A DNA stretch of 64,000 nt from an uncultured bacterium (GCA_963777505.1 CAVZQN010000004.1:1836387-1900386); one strand, 5' to 3'; counted from the stretch's first letter, positions 50,318 to 62,794 are shown. The notes: generated from the sequence alone by a model not told the origin. Made by a program: numbers and translations.

Positions 50318-51550
50318 GTGAAAAAGTTATTGGCGTTCGTATTTCTGACTTCACTGTTGTTGCGTCTCTGGTTCGCGATCGGGTACTGGGGAAATAAGCC
50401 TTTAACACACGATGCAAAGGAATACTTGGAGCTCGCAAAAAGCATTAATGAAAGCGGGCAGTTTGAATTAGCCGTTCGCAAGACCCATAAAATTGAAAGT
50501 TATGGCCGCGCACCAGGATATCCTTTCTGGCTTGCATTTTTGCACCGTATTTCACCCGCGCTTGCATGGATCCGGCTAGCAGAAGCCCTGTTGAGCTTGA
50601 TCAGCACGTATCTTTTCTTTTTGATTGCTCGCGAAATGTTTGGGGTGCGAGCAGGAATTGTCGCGTTCGTGCTTTCTTCGTTTTATATACCTCTGATTGT
50701 TCTCGCTCCAGTGATCTTGAGTGAAAATCTCTGGCTTTTTTGCATGCTTCTGAGTTACTGGTTTTTGTGGCGCAAGCATACGACTTTTATTAATTCATCC
50801 CTGATCAACCTGATTCTTGCATTCTCACTTTTTGCTATTGCAACATTGATTCGTCCAGGGACCGTTTTTCTTTTGCCATTTTATTTCATCTGGACACGTC
50901 GAAAATTCAATTTACGATCTGCGATTATTCTTGCGGCATTTTATTTTATGATGTTATTTCCCTGGAACCTTTATCTTTACCTGAAAGAAAATCATTTCGT
51001 TTTTGTGGCCTCTGAAGGTGGTGTGACTTTATGGACCGGCACACACCCGGCTTATTCAGGTGATGGAGATCTGGCTGTCAATCCTAAGGTTCAAAAGGAT
51101 TATCGAGTTCTTCTTGAGACACATAGCACTTTAACATCAACACAAAGATCACAAATTTATACGCAGCTGGCAGTTAAGAACGTCTTGGAAAATCCCGGCG
51201 GCTTGGTTCTGATTGAACTTAAGAAATTGCTTTACTGGATTATTCCAATCGGACCATCAGTAATGAAAATGTCATTGTTTCACAAAATCGCGAGCTTCCT
51301 CTTTTATTTGCCTTTGTTGATTTTTGCATTGTTAGGATTCCGCCGGTTAGCTCCGGATGTTAGATTGTTTGTCTGCGGAATTTATATCTCATTTACACTC
51401 ATGATCCTGGTTTTCCTTCCGCAAGAACGCTTCCGGATCGCAACCGTTGATCCGGTCTTTATTCTCATCTGTGCAAATGAATTGACGCATCGCTTTTTCA
51501 ATCCACATCGTTCTGCTGATCCCGCAAGAGACGCTATAATTGGCGTATGA
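50318..51550 (+). CDS. ArnT/PMT-like (GT-C) membrane glycosyltransferase
   Basis: DAKEY...RAPGYP, LSENL, TLIRP, QERFR; multiple TM helices. Confidence 0.75.
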   Translation: MKKLLAFVFLTSLLLRLWFAIGYWGNKPLTHDAKEYLELAKSINESGQFELAVRKTHKIESYGRAPGYPFWLAFLHRISPALAWIRLAEALLSLISTYLFFLIAREMFGVRAGIVAFVLSSFYIPLIVLAPVILSENLWLFCMLLSYWFLWRKHTTFINSSLINLILAFSLFAIATLIRPGTVFLLPFYFIWTRRKFNLRSAIILAAFYFMMLFPWNLYLYLKENHFVFVASEGGVTLWTGTHPAYSGDGDLAVNPKVQKDYRVLLETHSTLTSTQRSQIYTQLAVKNVLENPGGLVLIELKKLLYWIIPIGPSVMKMSLFHKIASFLFYLPLLIFALLGFRRLAPDVRLFVCGIYISFTLMILVFLPQERFRIATVDPVFILICANELTHRFFNPHRSADPARDAIIGV

Positions 51551-52233
51551 ATTTCGTAATCATAGCTGCGGGCGGAAAAGGGGTGCGCTTTCAGGGTGAT
51601 ATTCCCAAACAGCTACTTCCTTTAAAAGGACGAACTGTTTTAGCATGGACTCTTCAACCATTTTTGAGACTGCGTGAAATTGATGAAATCATCATTGCTT
51701 ATCCTCACGATGAAGATCACTCGCAGTATGAGGAAATATTAAAGCAAGAGAATGTATCACGATACAGCCTGGTCAAGGGTGGAGATACGCGATATCAATC
51801 GGTTCGAAATGCATTTGAATCAATTAACAATCCAAGTAAAAATGATCTTGTTTTGATTCATGACGCGGCGCGTCCGTTGTTGCCTCTAACTTTGTTGAAG
51901 ATGTTGATGGAAACAGCGGTGCAGAAGGGAAGTGCTGTACCTGTTGTCCCGTTGCAGGAAACAGTAAAGGAAGTTACAGGGAATGAAATCATAAAAACGA
52001 TCCGTCGCGAAAATTTATTTACCGCACAAACTCCGCAAGTGTTTCAGTACCGCGTGTTGAAAGCAGCATATGCAGTAGTGGAGAATTCCACGGATCTAAC
52101 TGATGAAGCGATTCTTGTTGAAAAGGCTGGTGTGTCTGTTTCGGTTGTGAAAGGTGAACGAAAAAATTTGAAGATCACTGAACGTGAAGATTTAGAATTG
52201 GTTGAATTCTATTTGGATAAAGGATGGGAATGA
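51547..52233 (+). CDS. ispD: 2-C-methyl-D-erythritol 4-phosphate cytidylyltransferase
   Basis: AAGGKGVR, PKQ, GGDTRYQSV, IHDAARP, QTPQ, NLKIT. Confidence 0.95.
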   Translation: MNFVIIAAGGKGVRFQGDIPKQLLPLKGRTVLAWTLQPFLRLREIDEIIIAYPHDEDHSQYEEILKQENVSRYSLVKGGDTRYQSVRNAFESINNPSKNDLVLIHDAARPLLPLTLLKMLMETAVQKGSAVPVVPLQETVKEVTGNEIIKTIRRENLFTAQTPQVFQYRVLKAAYAVVENSTDLTDEAILVEKAGVSVSVVKGERKNLKITEREDLELVEFYLDKGWE

Positions 52234-52709
52234 TCGTACGTTCCGGTTTAGGATTTGATGCCCATCGTTTTGTCGAAGGACGAAAACTGATGCTGGGCGG
52301 CATTGAGATTCCGCATACTCATGGTTTACGTGGACATTCCGATGCAGATGTCGTTTTGCATGCGATTGCGGATGCGTTGTTAGGCGCTGCAGCGCTTGGC
52401 GATTTAGGAACTCATTTTCCAGATACAGACCCGAAGTGGAAAGGTGCAGCAAGCCATGTCTTTATCGATCGAATCCTGGAAATGCTTTCTGCCGATCGTT
52501 GGAGCATTTCAAATGTCGATGTAACCGTCATTGCTCAGATCCCAAAACTTTCACCACATCATGCAGCAATCCGCAAATCAGTTGCTGAAATGTTGAAGCT
52601 GAGTGAAGCCGCAGTCAGCATTAAAGCAACTACATCCGACACAATGGGCTTCATCGGCCGCGAAGAAGGCATCGCAGCCATCGCAACCGTGCTAATTCAA
52701 AAGGATTAA
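52230..52709 (+). CDS. ispF: MECDP synthase
   Basis: GLGFDAH, GHSDADVVLHA, GDLGTHFP, IKATT. Confidence 0.96.
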   Translation: MIVRSGLGFDAHRFVEGRKLMLGGIEIPHTHGLRGHSDADVVLHAIADALLGAAALGDLGTHFPDTDPKWKGAASHVFIDRILEMLSADRWSISNVDVTVIAQIPKLSPHHAAIRKSVAEMLKLSEAAVSIKATTSDTMGFIGREEGIAAIATVLIQKD

Positions 52710-52727
52710 TGGATAATTCCTGTTAAC

Positions 52728-52760
52728 AAAGCGGCCACCCGATGGATGGCCGTTCTATTT
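52728..52760. terminator. Hairpin terminator between convergent genes
   Basis: aaagcggccacccgatggatggccgttctattt. Confidence 0.55.
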
Positions 52761-52787
52761 TGAAAAGTTTTCTTTGGCATTCTTGAA

Positions 52788-53884
52788 TCAATCGTTATCG
52801 ACAATCGTGCAGATACCTTGACCATCCGCGATTGTTCCATTCACTGCATTGCTTAGATTCACAAAGAACGTTTCAGTTGGTTCTGCAGTTCGTTCACCTT
52901 TCACTGATACAGTTACGGTTCTGCTTGTTGTTCCTGAAGCAAATGTAATAGTGCCTGACTTGCTAGTATAGTCGGAAGGCGCGGTTGCAGTATTATTTGC
53001 TGTTGAGTAGGTGACCGAAACTGAATTCGATGTCGCAGCGCTCAATGAAATTGTGAATGTGATGTTCTTACTACCAGAGTTACCTTCAATTACGCTCATA
53101 TCATCGATTGAAATATCAGGAGTAATCGCTGGAGGTGGAGCGGGCGGCAGTGGAGCTAGTGGAGTAATTCTGATTCGAAAGGGAAGTGAGTACTGCCCAT
53201 ATTGGACCCACGGCGCCTTTTGGGGCTCAAGAAAAAGGGTTGCCCTTTGAATGACGGGATCCGTATCTCGAACGAACTCTCCTTCGACAACAAACGTATG
53301 CCGGGAGATCGGGTATAAGTAACTTTCACCCATCCTGATTGTTCTGGCTGGTTTACGGTTGCTGGATATTCCAGGTGAAGATTCGGGGCGCACACTGCAC
53401 CAAGTGGGCAGCTCGCGTTGGGCGGCATCGATCCAAAGCGATAATGATTGCCGTCTGGTGCTTCAAAATTTCCTGAAAATTTTGTATAAAACACCGCTGG
53501 TGGTCCCGGTATTTGTAATCCGGTGTTACGTGCTGTTATGTTGCGAACGTTGATAAATGTTTGTGTCATGAATGCTGGACCGCCTGCAAATGAAGGTGGA
53601 CCGCCTTCAACGATCGCAGCGGGAGCCGGAAATTGCATCCACAAAAAACGGCCCGAGTCAGTTCCGATGGTTGCATCGCGCGTCCCATCACAACTGCCTT
53701 CATAGTTGATTACGCCATTTTGATAAAGCATTCCAGGAATGTCATTCCACATTGCTGCCGGAGCAGAAACTGGATCCTCGAAAATGTAACTAATTGGAAC
53801 ATCGCCACAGCCTGATGGCGGCTTTCCGGCAAATGCAGTACTGAAAGCAATGATCATTAGCACAAAAAATGTGAATGTTCTCAT
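52788..53884 (-). CDS. Secreted protein with C-terminal Calx-beta domain; frameshift near 53.3 kb
   Basis: AGGAGG RBS and signal peptide; ISIDDMSVIEGNSG...ATAPSDY...EPTETFFVNLSNA...TIVDND. Confidence 0.8.
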
Positions 53885-53931
53885 GGATCCTCCTACGATG
53901 CCGGAGGATACTACGGAGTGATTTTTCGCGC

Positions 53932-53948
53932 CCTACTCGTAGAGTGGG
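53932..53948. promoter_or_regulatory. CCTACTC-N3-GAGTGGG palindromic operator
   Basis: Located 48 bp upstream of the Calx-beta gene start; same motif as at 57390-57516. Confidence 0.6.
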
Positions 53949-53992
53949 AAGATTTTACTCGACTTCAGAGTTGTAGCGTGATATGAGATGAC

Positions 53993-54021
53993 AAACGGCC
54001 ATCCGCCATGGATGGCCATTT
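53993..54021 (-). terminator. Hairpin terminator after the TSP3 gene
   Basis: GGCCATCC-gccat-GGATGGCC with an A/T flank; closely resembles the 52731 hairpin. Confidence 0.6.
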
Positions 54022-54038
54022 ATGTTCTTGAAGTTGAC

Positions 54039-57000
54039 TTACGGAATATCAGCTTGTGCAGCACAACTTTGATTGCGCCTTTTTGTTGACCAGTGATGAT
54101 GCCCTGGTTCTTTAAGGTGTTGAGAAGTTGCGAAACACAAGCTCACAAATTTCCCATGATTCGTTGCACCTATTGCACAGAGTTCAATCTGGTCTGAAAT
54201 TGTGCACCCAGTGACAAGCAAGAAATTCGGAACTGCCTGAATCGCAAAGCCGACTATGACTGATGTTGAACGATCCGATTCGGGACAGTTATCGTTTTCA
54301 TTTGGTTTGCCATCGCCATCGATATCGCCATCGCAAACATCGCCTAAGCCGTCACCGTCGAGATCGCTTTGATCGGCATTTGGATTTTGTGGGCAGTTAT
54401 CGGATGCATTTAGTACACCATCACCATCGATGTCGCCATCGCAGACATTTCCTTCGCCATCACCATCGCTGTCTGCCTGATCGGCGTTTGCAGTAAATGG
54501 ACAATTGTCATTGCCATCAAAGACATTGTCGTTGTCATCATCGGCATCGCAGGCATTGCCAGCTTCATCACCATCGGTATCGGTTTGATCGAGATTGGCA
54601 TTGAGCGGGCAATTGTCTTCAGTATCTACGATGCTGTCATCATCATCATCTTCATCGCATGCGTCGCCTTGACCATCGCCATCAGTATCGGTTTGATCGG
54701 CGTTCATGCTTAATGGACAGTTGTCTTCATCATCAGTAATGCCGTCATTGTCATCATCGGTGTCGCAAGCATTTCCATTTGAATCACCATCGGTATTGAG
54801 TTGATCAGCGTTGACTACAAGCAAACAATTATCGGCGGCATTATCAACTCCATCACCATCGGTATCGTTTTCGCATGCATCTCCAATTCCATCTTCATCT
54901 AAATCATTCTGATTCGAATTGGAATCGAGCACACAGTTATCGCTTGTGTCTGCGACACCATCGTTATCATCATCAGGATCACAGGCATTTCCTAACCCAT
55001 CATTGTCTGTGTCAATTTGATCGGTGTTTGAAACAAGCGCGCAATTATCGTCTTCATCGGAAACGCCGTCGTTGTCATCATCGCTATCGCAAACATTTCC
55101 GACACCATCAAAATCCGTATCGGTTTGATCCTGATTGACGTCCATTGGACAGTTGTCGCTGCCATTTAACACACCATCACCATCGATGTCAGCATCGCAT
55201 GCATCGCCTTGGCCATCTTCATCTGTGTCAGTCTGATCCGGATTCGAGGCATTCGGGACAATTGTCAGAGGGTTGATCAACGCCATCCCGATCAGTGTCA
55301 GCGGAGCATACATACGTTTCAAAGCCAGCATCAGAGCGTTGCCGTACGTGAACCAAAGCGCTCCGCCACTCGCAGTGCGGCTCAAACTTACCGCCGGGAT
55401 AAGGATTGGTCCATCAGCCCACCATCGCGTTGCGTGTGTTGCCCTCAAGACGATCGCATATTGGGCCCCCACCACTTGTGGAACTCGGAGGGTTGAAATT
55501 AAAAGTTGTCCATTGCCCATTAACAGGTGTCCACCGAGTCCGCTACCATTTCCTGAGTGGATGTGGAACCCATAAACAGTATTGTCTGCGATAATAGTTT
55601 GCGGCGTTACAACACTAGCATCTGTAATTTTGACAGTTAATGTATTTGGCGAGCCCGGTGAAGTGATTGCGTCAAGGGCCAAACGTACGGTGGTCAATCC
55701 ACCGTTTTTGCCGGCCGTGTAGACTTTGCCAGCGTTTGTTAAATTTGGTGTTAAAGATTCGTCACCAGTGCCGTAACCTGCGAGAGTCGTTCCACGGTGA
55801 GTAAACATCTGATCCAATGTGGCACTGCACGTTGGAGTCGAAGCGTCGCAATCTGCGGGACAAAAAATAGAGGTCTCTCCTGTTTCGCAAGTGTTGTTAC
55901 CGCAAACTGGTGGAGGTGGTGCACAATCCGCAGAGCACTTATTCGACGTTTCTGCTGATTCGCAGACATAATTCCCACAAACTGGTGAGTTGCTGCTGAC
56001 GCCTGAACTTGCTCTTGAGTTAGAGCCTGGTTATAAAGCTTTACTTCATCAATTACGCCGTTGAAGGTACGGGGCAAACGAACTAAGAGATAGTAGCTGT
56101 AGAAGAGGAGCCAATCGTCCATGGAACTGATAAATCATACGGAAGAATTATAGAACGAGGAGCATCCGCCTCCAGTTGCCCGTTCACGTATAACTTCAAA
56201 CGTCTGCCATCGTAGGTTCCCGCTCGCCATCACCCTGCCCTACTGGAAATGAGTTGGTAGATGTAATAAAGTTCGTATCAGTATTCCCGATACTGAGTCT
56301 GAAGCGGTTATCAATTCCAGGCCACCATAGTCCGTAAAACGAATTATTAAAATTTCCCTGCGGTGGCGGAACTCCTTTCTGAAGGAAAGTGCTTCCAAAT
56401 GAATCATTGTTTGGCCCGGGGCCTTCAGGTTTAACCCATGCGCTGACTGTAGAGGTTTCTGATTTTGAAGAACCGGTGCATCTGGAATGTCAATAAAGCC
56501 ACCCGAACCAAGTTACACCTTGACCTACGGCTCCTCCCATGAAAGTTAATGCATTGGTTGCCGAAGGATTGTGTCCGCCGATGATGTCATTTGTGTGTCC
56601 ATCTTCAGGCCACCAAGCGATGAGACCTAAGATAATTGTCATAGACTTCATCTTCCGGAAGTGCGTAACCGTGAAGTATTATTTCATCGATGATTCCATT
56701 GAACGTGCGGTAAATGCTGAACCTCGCAAGTAGCTATAGGTAGAACCGATAGTCCGGGTACAGACCAAATCATAAGGAATTACTATCTTGAAGACGATGA
56801 TCTAGCCGGCAAAATTCATCTGACTTCGAGTTTGAGTACAAGTCCATCAACGTACCTAAAACGTGATAGAACTTCCAGGCGGAAATGTGCCCGTAGATGC
56901 GATTACATTAGTAGAGTAGTTTCCAATAGAAAATCGGAAGCGGTGATTTACTGGGACCAACGTCACGGTTCCGAAGCGCTTGGAAGTGTCCCGCTGTGAG

Positions 57001-57340
57001 CCAGTACATCCCTGTTTGACGGACGCAGCTTCCGAATTCGTACGTATTACATTTGGTCCAGGGCCGTCTGGTCTAGACCCATTTTACTTACCGTCCGGAG
57101 ACTGCAGAAGCCGAAGGTCAGTGCATCCAGGAATAATCAATGTTTCACCGGTTCCATCGGCGTTTATGCCTAGACGCTGAATTTGCCTTCAGAAAACAGA
57201 TATCGTTCCGTTGCTTCCAGGATTGAAAGCCGCCGATGAGATCGTGAGATATTCACGTCTCTGACAAATGGGCGACTAGGCCACTACCGAACGCGCCTTG
57301 GCGCAGGCAAAGATGAATTACGTAACGCTTATAGTTTCAT
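54039..57340 (-). CDS. Large secreted LamG + thrombospondin type-3 repeat protein, broken by many frameshifts
   Basis: AGGAGG RBS and ATG 57340; LamG fragments (IAWWP, WVKP, TYDG..KLYVNG, FNGVIDEVKLYNQAL); more than 10 DNCP..N.DQ.D.DGDG.G..CD repeats. Confidence 0.75.
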
Positions 57341-57389
57341 GCTGCCTCCTTCTGATGTTGTTAGGATAGTAGCCGCATATTTTTTACAC

Positions 57390-57516
57390 CCTACTCAATC
57401 GAGTGGGATTTGGCCTGAACCTTTGAGGAACGACAATGTTTGCTCTGAATGCGTTAGGGAACAAAATTCTTCGCCCTACTCGAACGAGTAGGATTTTTCC
57501 TACTCTTTTGAGTAGG
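57390..57516. promoter_or_regulatory. Three CCTACTC-N4-GAGTRGG palindromic operators
   Basis: 57390-57407, 57475-57492 and 57499-57516. Confidence 0.75.
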
Positions 57517-57536
57517 GCTGCTGGGAAAGGTTGGCC

Positions 57537-58185
57537 TTAAAGTTCTTGGGGGTGGATTATGCCTCGAAGAAGAGCAGCGGTTGCAGCTTGGGTACGATCG
57601 GTAACTCCCAGCTTGCTGCAGGATTCCTTTTACATGGTACTTCACCGTTTCTTCGGTGACTTTCATTAGATCAGCAATTTCTTTGTTACTTTTTCCTCTT
57701 ACGATCGACTGCAGCACCTCCATCTCTCTGCGAGTTAAAGTGGAGCGATCCATCCGTTCAGCCAATCGAATTGCAATCTGTTTTGAAATATGACGCCTTC
57801 CCGAACTTACGGAATGAATCGCTTCAATCAATTCAGGTTCAGAAATATCCTTCAATACGTAGCCGCGGGCGCCTGCGCGCAGGGCTCGATAAATATCTTC
57901 ACTTCCGTCATAACTACTAACCATCAGAATTGCAGTTGTTGGGAAATCTTCATGAATTTGGCGTATCGTTCCGATAGCATCCGAACCATCCAATCTAAGA
58001 TCAGTAAGAAGGACATTAGGCCGATGCTTGCGGAATTGTTCAGACAATTGCCCAAGCTTTTCCACATGGGCCACTACTTCGATATTTTTTTGCCGGTTCA
58101 GAATGGATCCAAGTCCTTCTCTTACAAGGATCTGGTCGTTCGCAATGAGTACTTGGATTTTTTGTGTCTGCATAACGGAGAGCAT
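57537..58185 (-). CDS. NarL/LuxR-family response regulator; 1-nt insertion near 57.62 kb
   Basis: Receiver (LTDLRL, GARGYVLK) and HTH (LTRREMEVL..GKSNKEIA); the corrected frame gives SKLGVTDRTQAATAALLRGII ending at TAA 57537. Confidence 0.9.
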
Positions 58186-58362
58186 CTGTTATTTTAGCAT
58201 GAATCATCATTTTTCACGACTATATAGGCCTGCTGAATTAGTCATTGTTTCGTTATGCGAAGAGATGTACAATCATTCAAACGAGTTGTACCTGCTACAC
58301 TATTAGACATGTACCAAAAGCCTGAAGCGTACGGAACAAGGGGTGCCCCTGGACGCGAGGGC

Positions 58363-61300
58363 ATGTCATTTGAAATCCCATCAGAAAACCCTTCGCAACA
58401 GATGAGGCAAGTTGTAGCAAATCGTTACCAAATTTTATCCAAATTAGGAAAAGGCGGAATGGGCGAAGTGTGGCACGCCTATGACATGAAACTTCGCGTA
58501 GATGTAGCGCTGAAATCGATCCGTCCTGATCAAAGAGAGAATCACGATTGGATGGAGGCATTGAGAAATGAAGTCCGGATAGCTCGTGAAGTCATTTCCC
58601 CAAATGTTTGCCGAATCTTTGATCTGGTTGTTGAAGAGGATCAAGAGTTGATTTCGATGGAATATATCGATGGGATGACGCTGCTTGCAATGCTCGTGCA
58701 AAAGGGTTCGCTGGAATTGAAAGAAGCAAGAGACATTGCTGCACAATTTTTAGCCGGACTTGAGGCAATTCACAAAGCAGGTTTGGTGCACCGAGATTTG
58801 AAACCGGAAAACATCATGATCACGCGTACAGGTCGCGTTGTTGTAATGGATTTTGGAATCGCAAAGTATGCTGCACAAGCGGACGAAAAGATGTCAGGAA
58901 CTCTGCCGTTTTTGTCACCCGAAGAATTATCAGGAAAAGCGGGCGATGCACGAAGCGATGTGTACTCTGCTGGTGTTGTGCTGGCAGAAATGACCCATCC
59001 CGAAGGAATTTTGAGTCACGAAACGCGTGAAGAAATTTGGAATACAGTTCGTGAGGATCCAACTCGCCTTGCAGAAGGTCCATGGAAACCGATCATTGCA
59101 CGTGCTGTTGCAACAGATCCATATGATCGATTTGCTTCTGCCGGGGCTGTATCACGCGCACTCGAAGAAGCGACGCAGGCTTGTAGAAACAATTGACGAA
59201 CGAACTCCATATCCTGGCCTGGCTGCATTTACATCGGCAGATGCATCGTATTTTTTTGGCCGTGAACTGGAAGTGGAAACTCTCTTAAAGAAATTGCAGC
59301 AGCTTCATATGATGGCTCTGGTTGGAGCCTCAGGGACAGGGAAGACTTCCTTTTTGCGTGCGGGACTCGTTCCTGCGCTTCCACGCGGGTGGAGTCACCT
59401 TTTTTGTGTTCCAGGCGATTCACCTTTAATGAATCTTCGACAAGCGTTGCTTCCTGATCTTTCGCAAGATTCAGATGAAACACAAAACGTTTTGAGCTTT
59501 GAAAGATGCAGCATCGCACTTCGATTATTGTTGAATCACTGGCGAAAGAAACATTCCGAAGCTGTATTAATCATTGATCGTTTTGAAGAGTTGTTTACTC
59601 TAAACGGTTCACATATTCAGTCCAATTTCATTGATCTCATTGCAACCGCAGCTTTAGAGTCAGATGTGCGACTGCTCCTTAGCATCCGCGATGATTTTTT
59701 GCTTCGTTGTCATGAGTATCCTTCACTTGCTCCTATCTTTTTTCAGAACTCACTCCGTTCGGAAAACTGAATGGACCTGCATTACGCCGTGCTCTTGTGC
59801 AGCCAGCATTGAAATGCGGCTATCGATATGAAGATGAAACACTGGTGGATGAAATCCTTTCGGATGTGGAGAAAGAACGTGGTGCATTGCCGTTGATGGC
59901 GTTTGCGTCAGCACGATTATGGGAAAAACGTGATCGAAATTCAGGGCAACTTACTCGTAAGGCGTATAAAGAGATAAGGGGAGTTGCAGGAGCGCTTGCA
60001 AAGCATGCCGAAGAGACGATGGATCATATCGGAACTATCAGACATCCGGTTGTCCGTGAAATATTTCGCAATTTAGTAACCGCGCGAAAATACGAGGGCA
60101 GCGCGCGATACGGAAGAGTTATTGAGTGTTTTTCCTGATAAACAAACGGCCCGAAGATGTTTTGCAATTATTAATTCATGCGCGTTTATTGACTTCCTTT
60201 GAAGCTCCTGATACTGTAGGAGGCAAACCAAAGATCGCGTCGAAATTATTCACGAATCTTTATTGACCGCATGGCCGCGACTAGTTCGATGGCAAACTCA
60301 GGATGGAGATAGCGCCCGACTCTGGGATCAACTCCGGCAGGCCTCACAACTTTGGGATCAGCGAAATCAGGTCGCAAGACCTGCTGTGGACTGGCTCGGC
60401 GTTCCTGGAATTTCAGGTCTGGCGGCAACGTTATCCGGGCAGGCTCACGGCAATTGAAGAAGCATTCGCTCAGGCGATGGTCCATCGCGCTAATAGTCGA
60501 CGCACCCAACGCCGGCTCTGATTAGTACTACTATTGTAGTACTATTGGCAATAATTGCGGTCGTCGTGAGTTTTTGGCGGCAAGCGACTCTTGCAAAGAA
60601 TGATGCGGTTTCCCAAGCAAAGACCGCACAAGCCAGTAAAGTACTCGCTTTGGGCAGAGCTCTTCCGGATGCTGATCCCAGCACAAAATTGGCGTACGCA
60701 ATCGCAAGTCTCGAATTTGCTGCACTCGGCCGAAGCTCGCCATTTTGCGCTTCAGGCGCTCGCAGTAGGACCTCCCGCATTGATGATGGATATTCCTGTA
60801 AAGCCGATCAATAGTATTGAGCTTAGTCCTGACGGGAAGTGGATGGCCGTTGGTGTGAAGGGCGGTTTGCAGCTTTATCCACGTGATGGAACTGCACCCA
60901 TCACGGTAACCGAACCATATGCGCCCAATCTTTTCATCCCCTGGAGTTCACAGTTCTCAGCAGATGGAAAATTCTTAATTTGGACGATGCGGCAAGACAC
61001 AAGAATTGTAAAGGTCTGGTCGATGTCAGAAAAGAAAATAATTCGAGTTTTCAATTTGGAAGGAAATACCATTGTTCTTGTAAGAAGTGGTGTTGCGTTC
61101 TTTATTACGGACGCAACTGGTTCCCATGATGCTCCTTTCGGTTGGAGCAAGATGCTTATCCGCAAATGGAGATTTGATCAAAGCAAGCCGGAAATTGTTG
61201 ATCGCTTTCAAATACCAGCGATATGGTGGAAAAGTTTTGACATAGACGAACATGGCCGGTGGATCACATATACAAAAGCTGGCAATGTTTATGTCAGACC

Positions 61301-62794
61301 TTTTGGTGTTGCAGCATCCGAAAAAATATTTGGTCCGCATCCCACTAATGCTCAGTATGTGAAATTCAGGCCTAACTCTAACGAAGTTGCCTCATCGGAT
61401 GTTTACGGTCTAATCCAAATTTGGTCACTTGATTCTGAAACAAAAACTCCGATCAGAACGATGAATCTAAATGGGGAACTAGGTTACATCTGGTTTGACC
61501 CTGAGGGTAGATTACATCTATGCATCCCGAGATGCACAACTTTATCGGTGGGATTTAGCTGCACCCAAAGATGCCGATCCTCTGATCTTTCAATTCCCCG
61601 GGAGTCCTAATTCGATTGCCTTCGATTCTAAAAGTCAATGGATGGCTGCTGTAGATGGAGGTTCAATTGCCTTTTTCAACCTGAAACGTCCGTATCCATA
61701 TATATTGCGCGGCACCGGATACAGCGGCTCGCGTGACGTGCGATTCACTCCTGATGGCAAAACAGTTCTAAACGGCTTTCTGGATGAGCTTCTGGTGTTC
61801 TGCGATGGAATTTGCCTGGAGAAAAACAATTACCTTCTCGCGATTTTTGGAATAAGGGAAAAAGTGTTACAGCAATCGATGTTGATCCATTAGAAAGATT
61901 TGTTCTTGCGGGTAGGACATTTGGAAAAGTTCGACCTTATTTCGATGCAAGATCAAAAAGTAGTCAACTCTTGAAGGTCCTGAAGCCTATGCTCCAGGAT
62001 GTCGAATCTTCTCACCCGATGGAAAATATGCAGCAGCTGCGTCTGGATTAATCGGAGCGAGAGACTGTGGATGTCGTGTTTGGGAACTTGTCATCTTCCA
62101 ATTCCATGGGTTCTTGTAGACAGAGCAAGGGGAAAAGTATTTATTCTCTCTAGAGATATTCCAACGACAACATTATCTTTGCTGGCGATCTGGATGGCAA
62201 TCTATATCAGTGGGACTCGGTTAATAGTTCACCCAAGCTTTTGTTGAAAGGGAAGGGCAGGGTAAGTGGACTATGCAATATCGCCTGACAGAAGCGTATC
62301 TCGCAGTGAGTCGATTGGTCCGGATATCGGTGAACAAATCTAGAACTTGCCACTTCCGAACTTTTTCTGCTGGATTTAAAAAAGGGCAATTCAGTTCCCA
62401 TTACCTCTCACGGAAGTCGAAGGTTACAGTGTTGGTTTCGATCCAACTGGCGCACACTCGTGACCGGTGATCTAGATGGCGATGTACGTGTGGGCCCGCT
62501 TTCTGGTGGAAGGGTCCGTTTCTTCTCTTGGGTCACGAAATCGGTGTGGATAGAGTGGTCGATTCATCCTTCGGGACAATGGATAGCATCTACAGAGCGA
62601 TGGTTAGCCCGACTGTAAGATTGTGGCGGATGCCGCGCGGTAATCCGATTGCATCTCTTTCGGACAGGGACTTTCTCGATCGATTAAGAAATCTAACGAA
62701 TGTGCGGATTGTCCGGATAAAAATTCTTCAAACGGTTACAAAATTCAGTACGCGCCCTTTCCAGGATTGGAGAAGACGCCTAGCTGGTGATTAG
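58363..62794 (+). CDS. Ser/Thr kinase - STAND NTPase (nSTAND1-like) - TM - WD40 repeat protein, multiply frameshifted
   Basis: Kinase motifs ([19 protein letters not shown]); PYPGLAAF...[32 protein letters not shown]; WD40 fragments (SPDGKW, IQIWSL). Confidence 0.8.

Noticed and set aside
54240-55260. Periodic DNA repeats as a noncoding array
   Set aside because: They encode thrombospondin type-3 repeats on the minus strand; the plus-strand His/Arg-rich ORFs are shadows.
57454-57536. Extended C-terminus of the response regulator as given in the ORF track
   Set aside because: A 1-nt frameshift artefact; the corrected frame restores the canonical LuxR ending, and this stretch is intergenic operator DNA.
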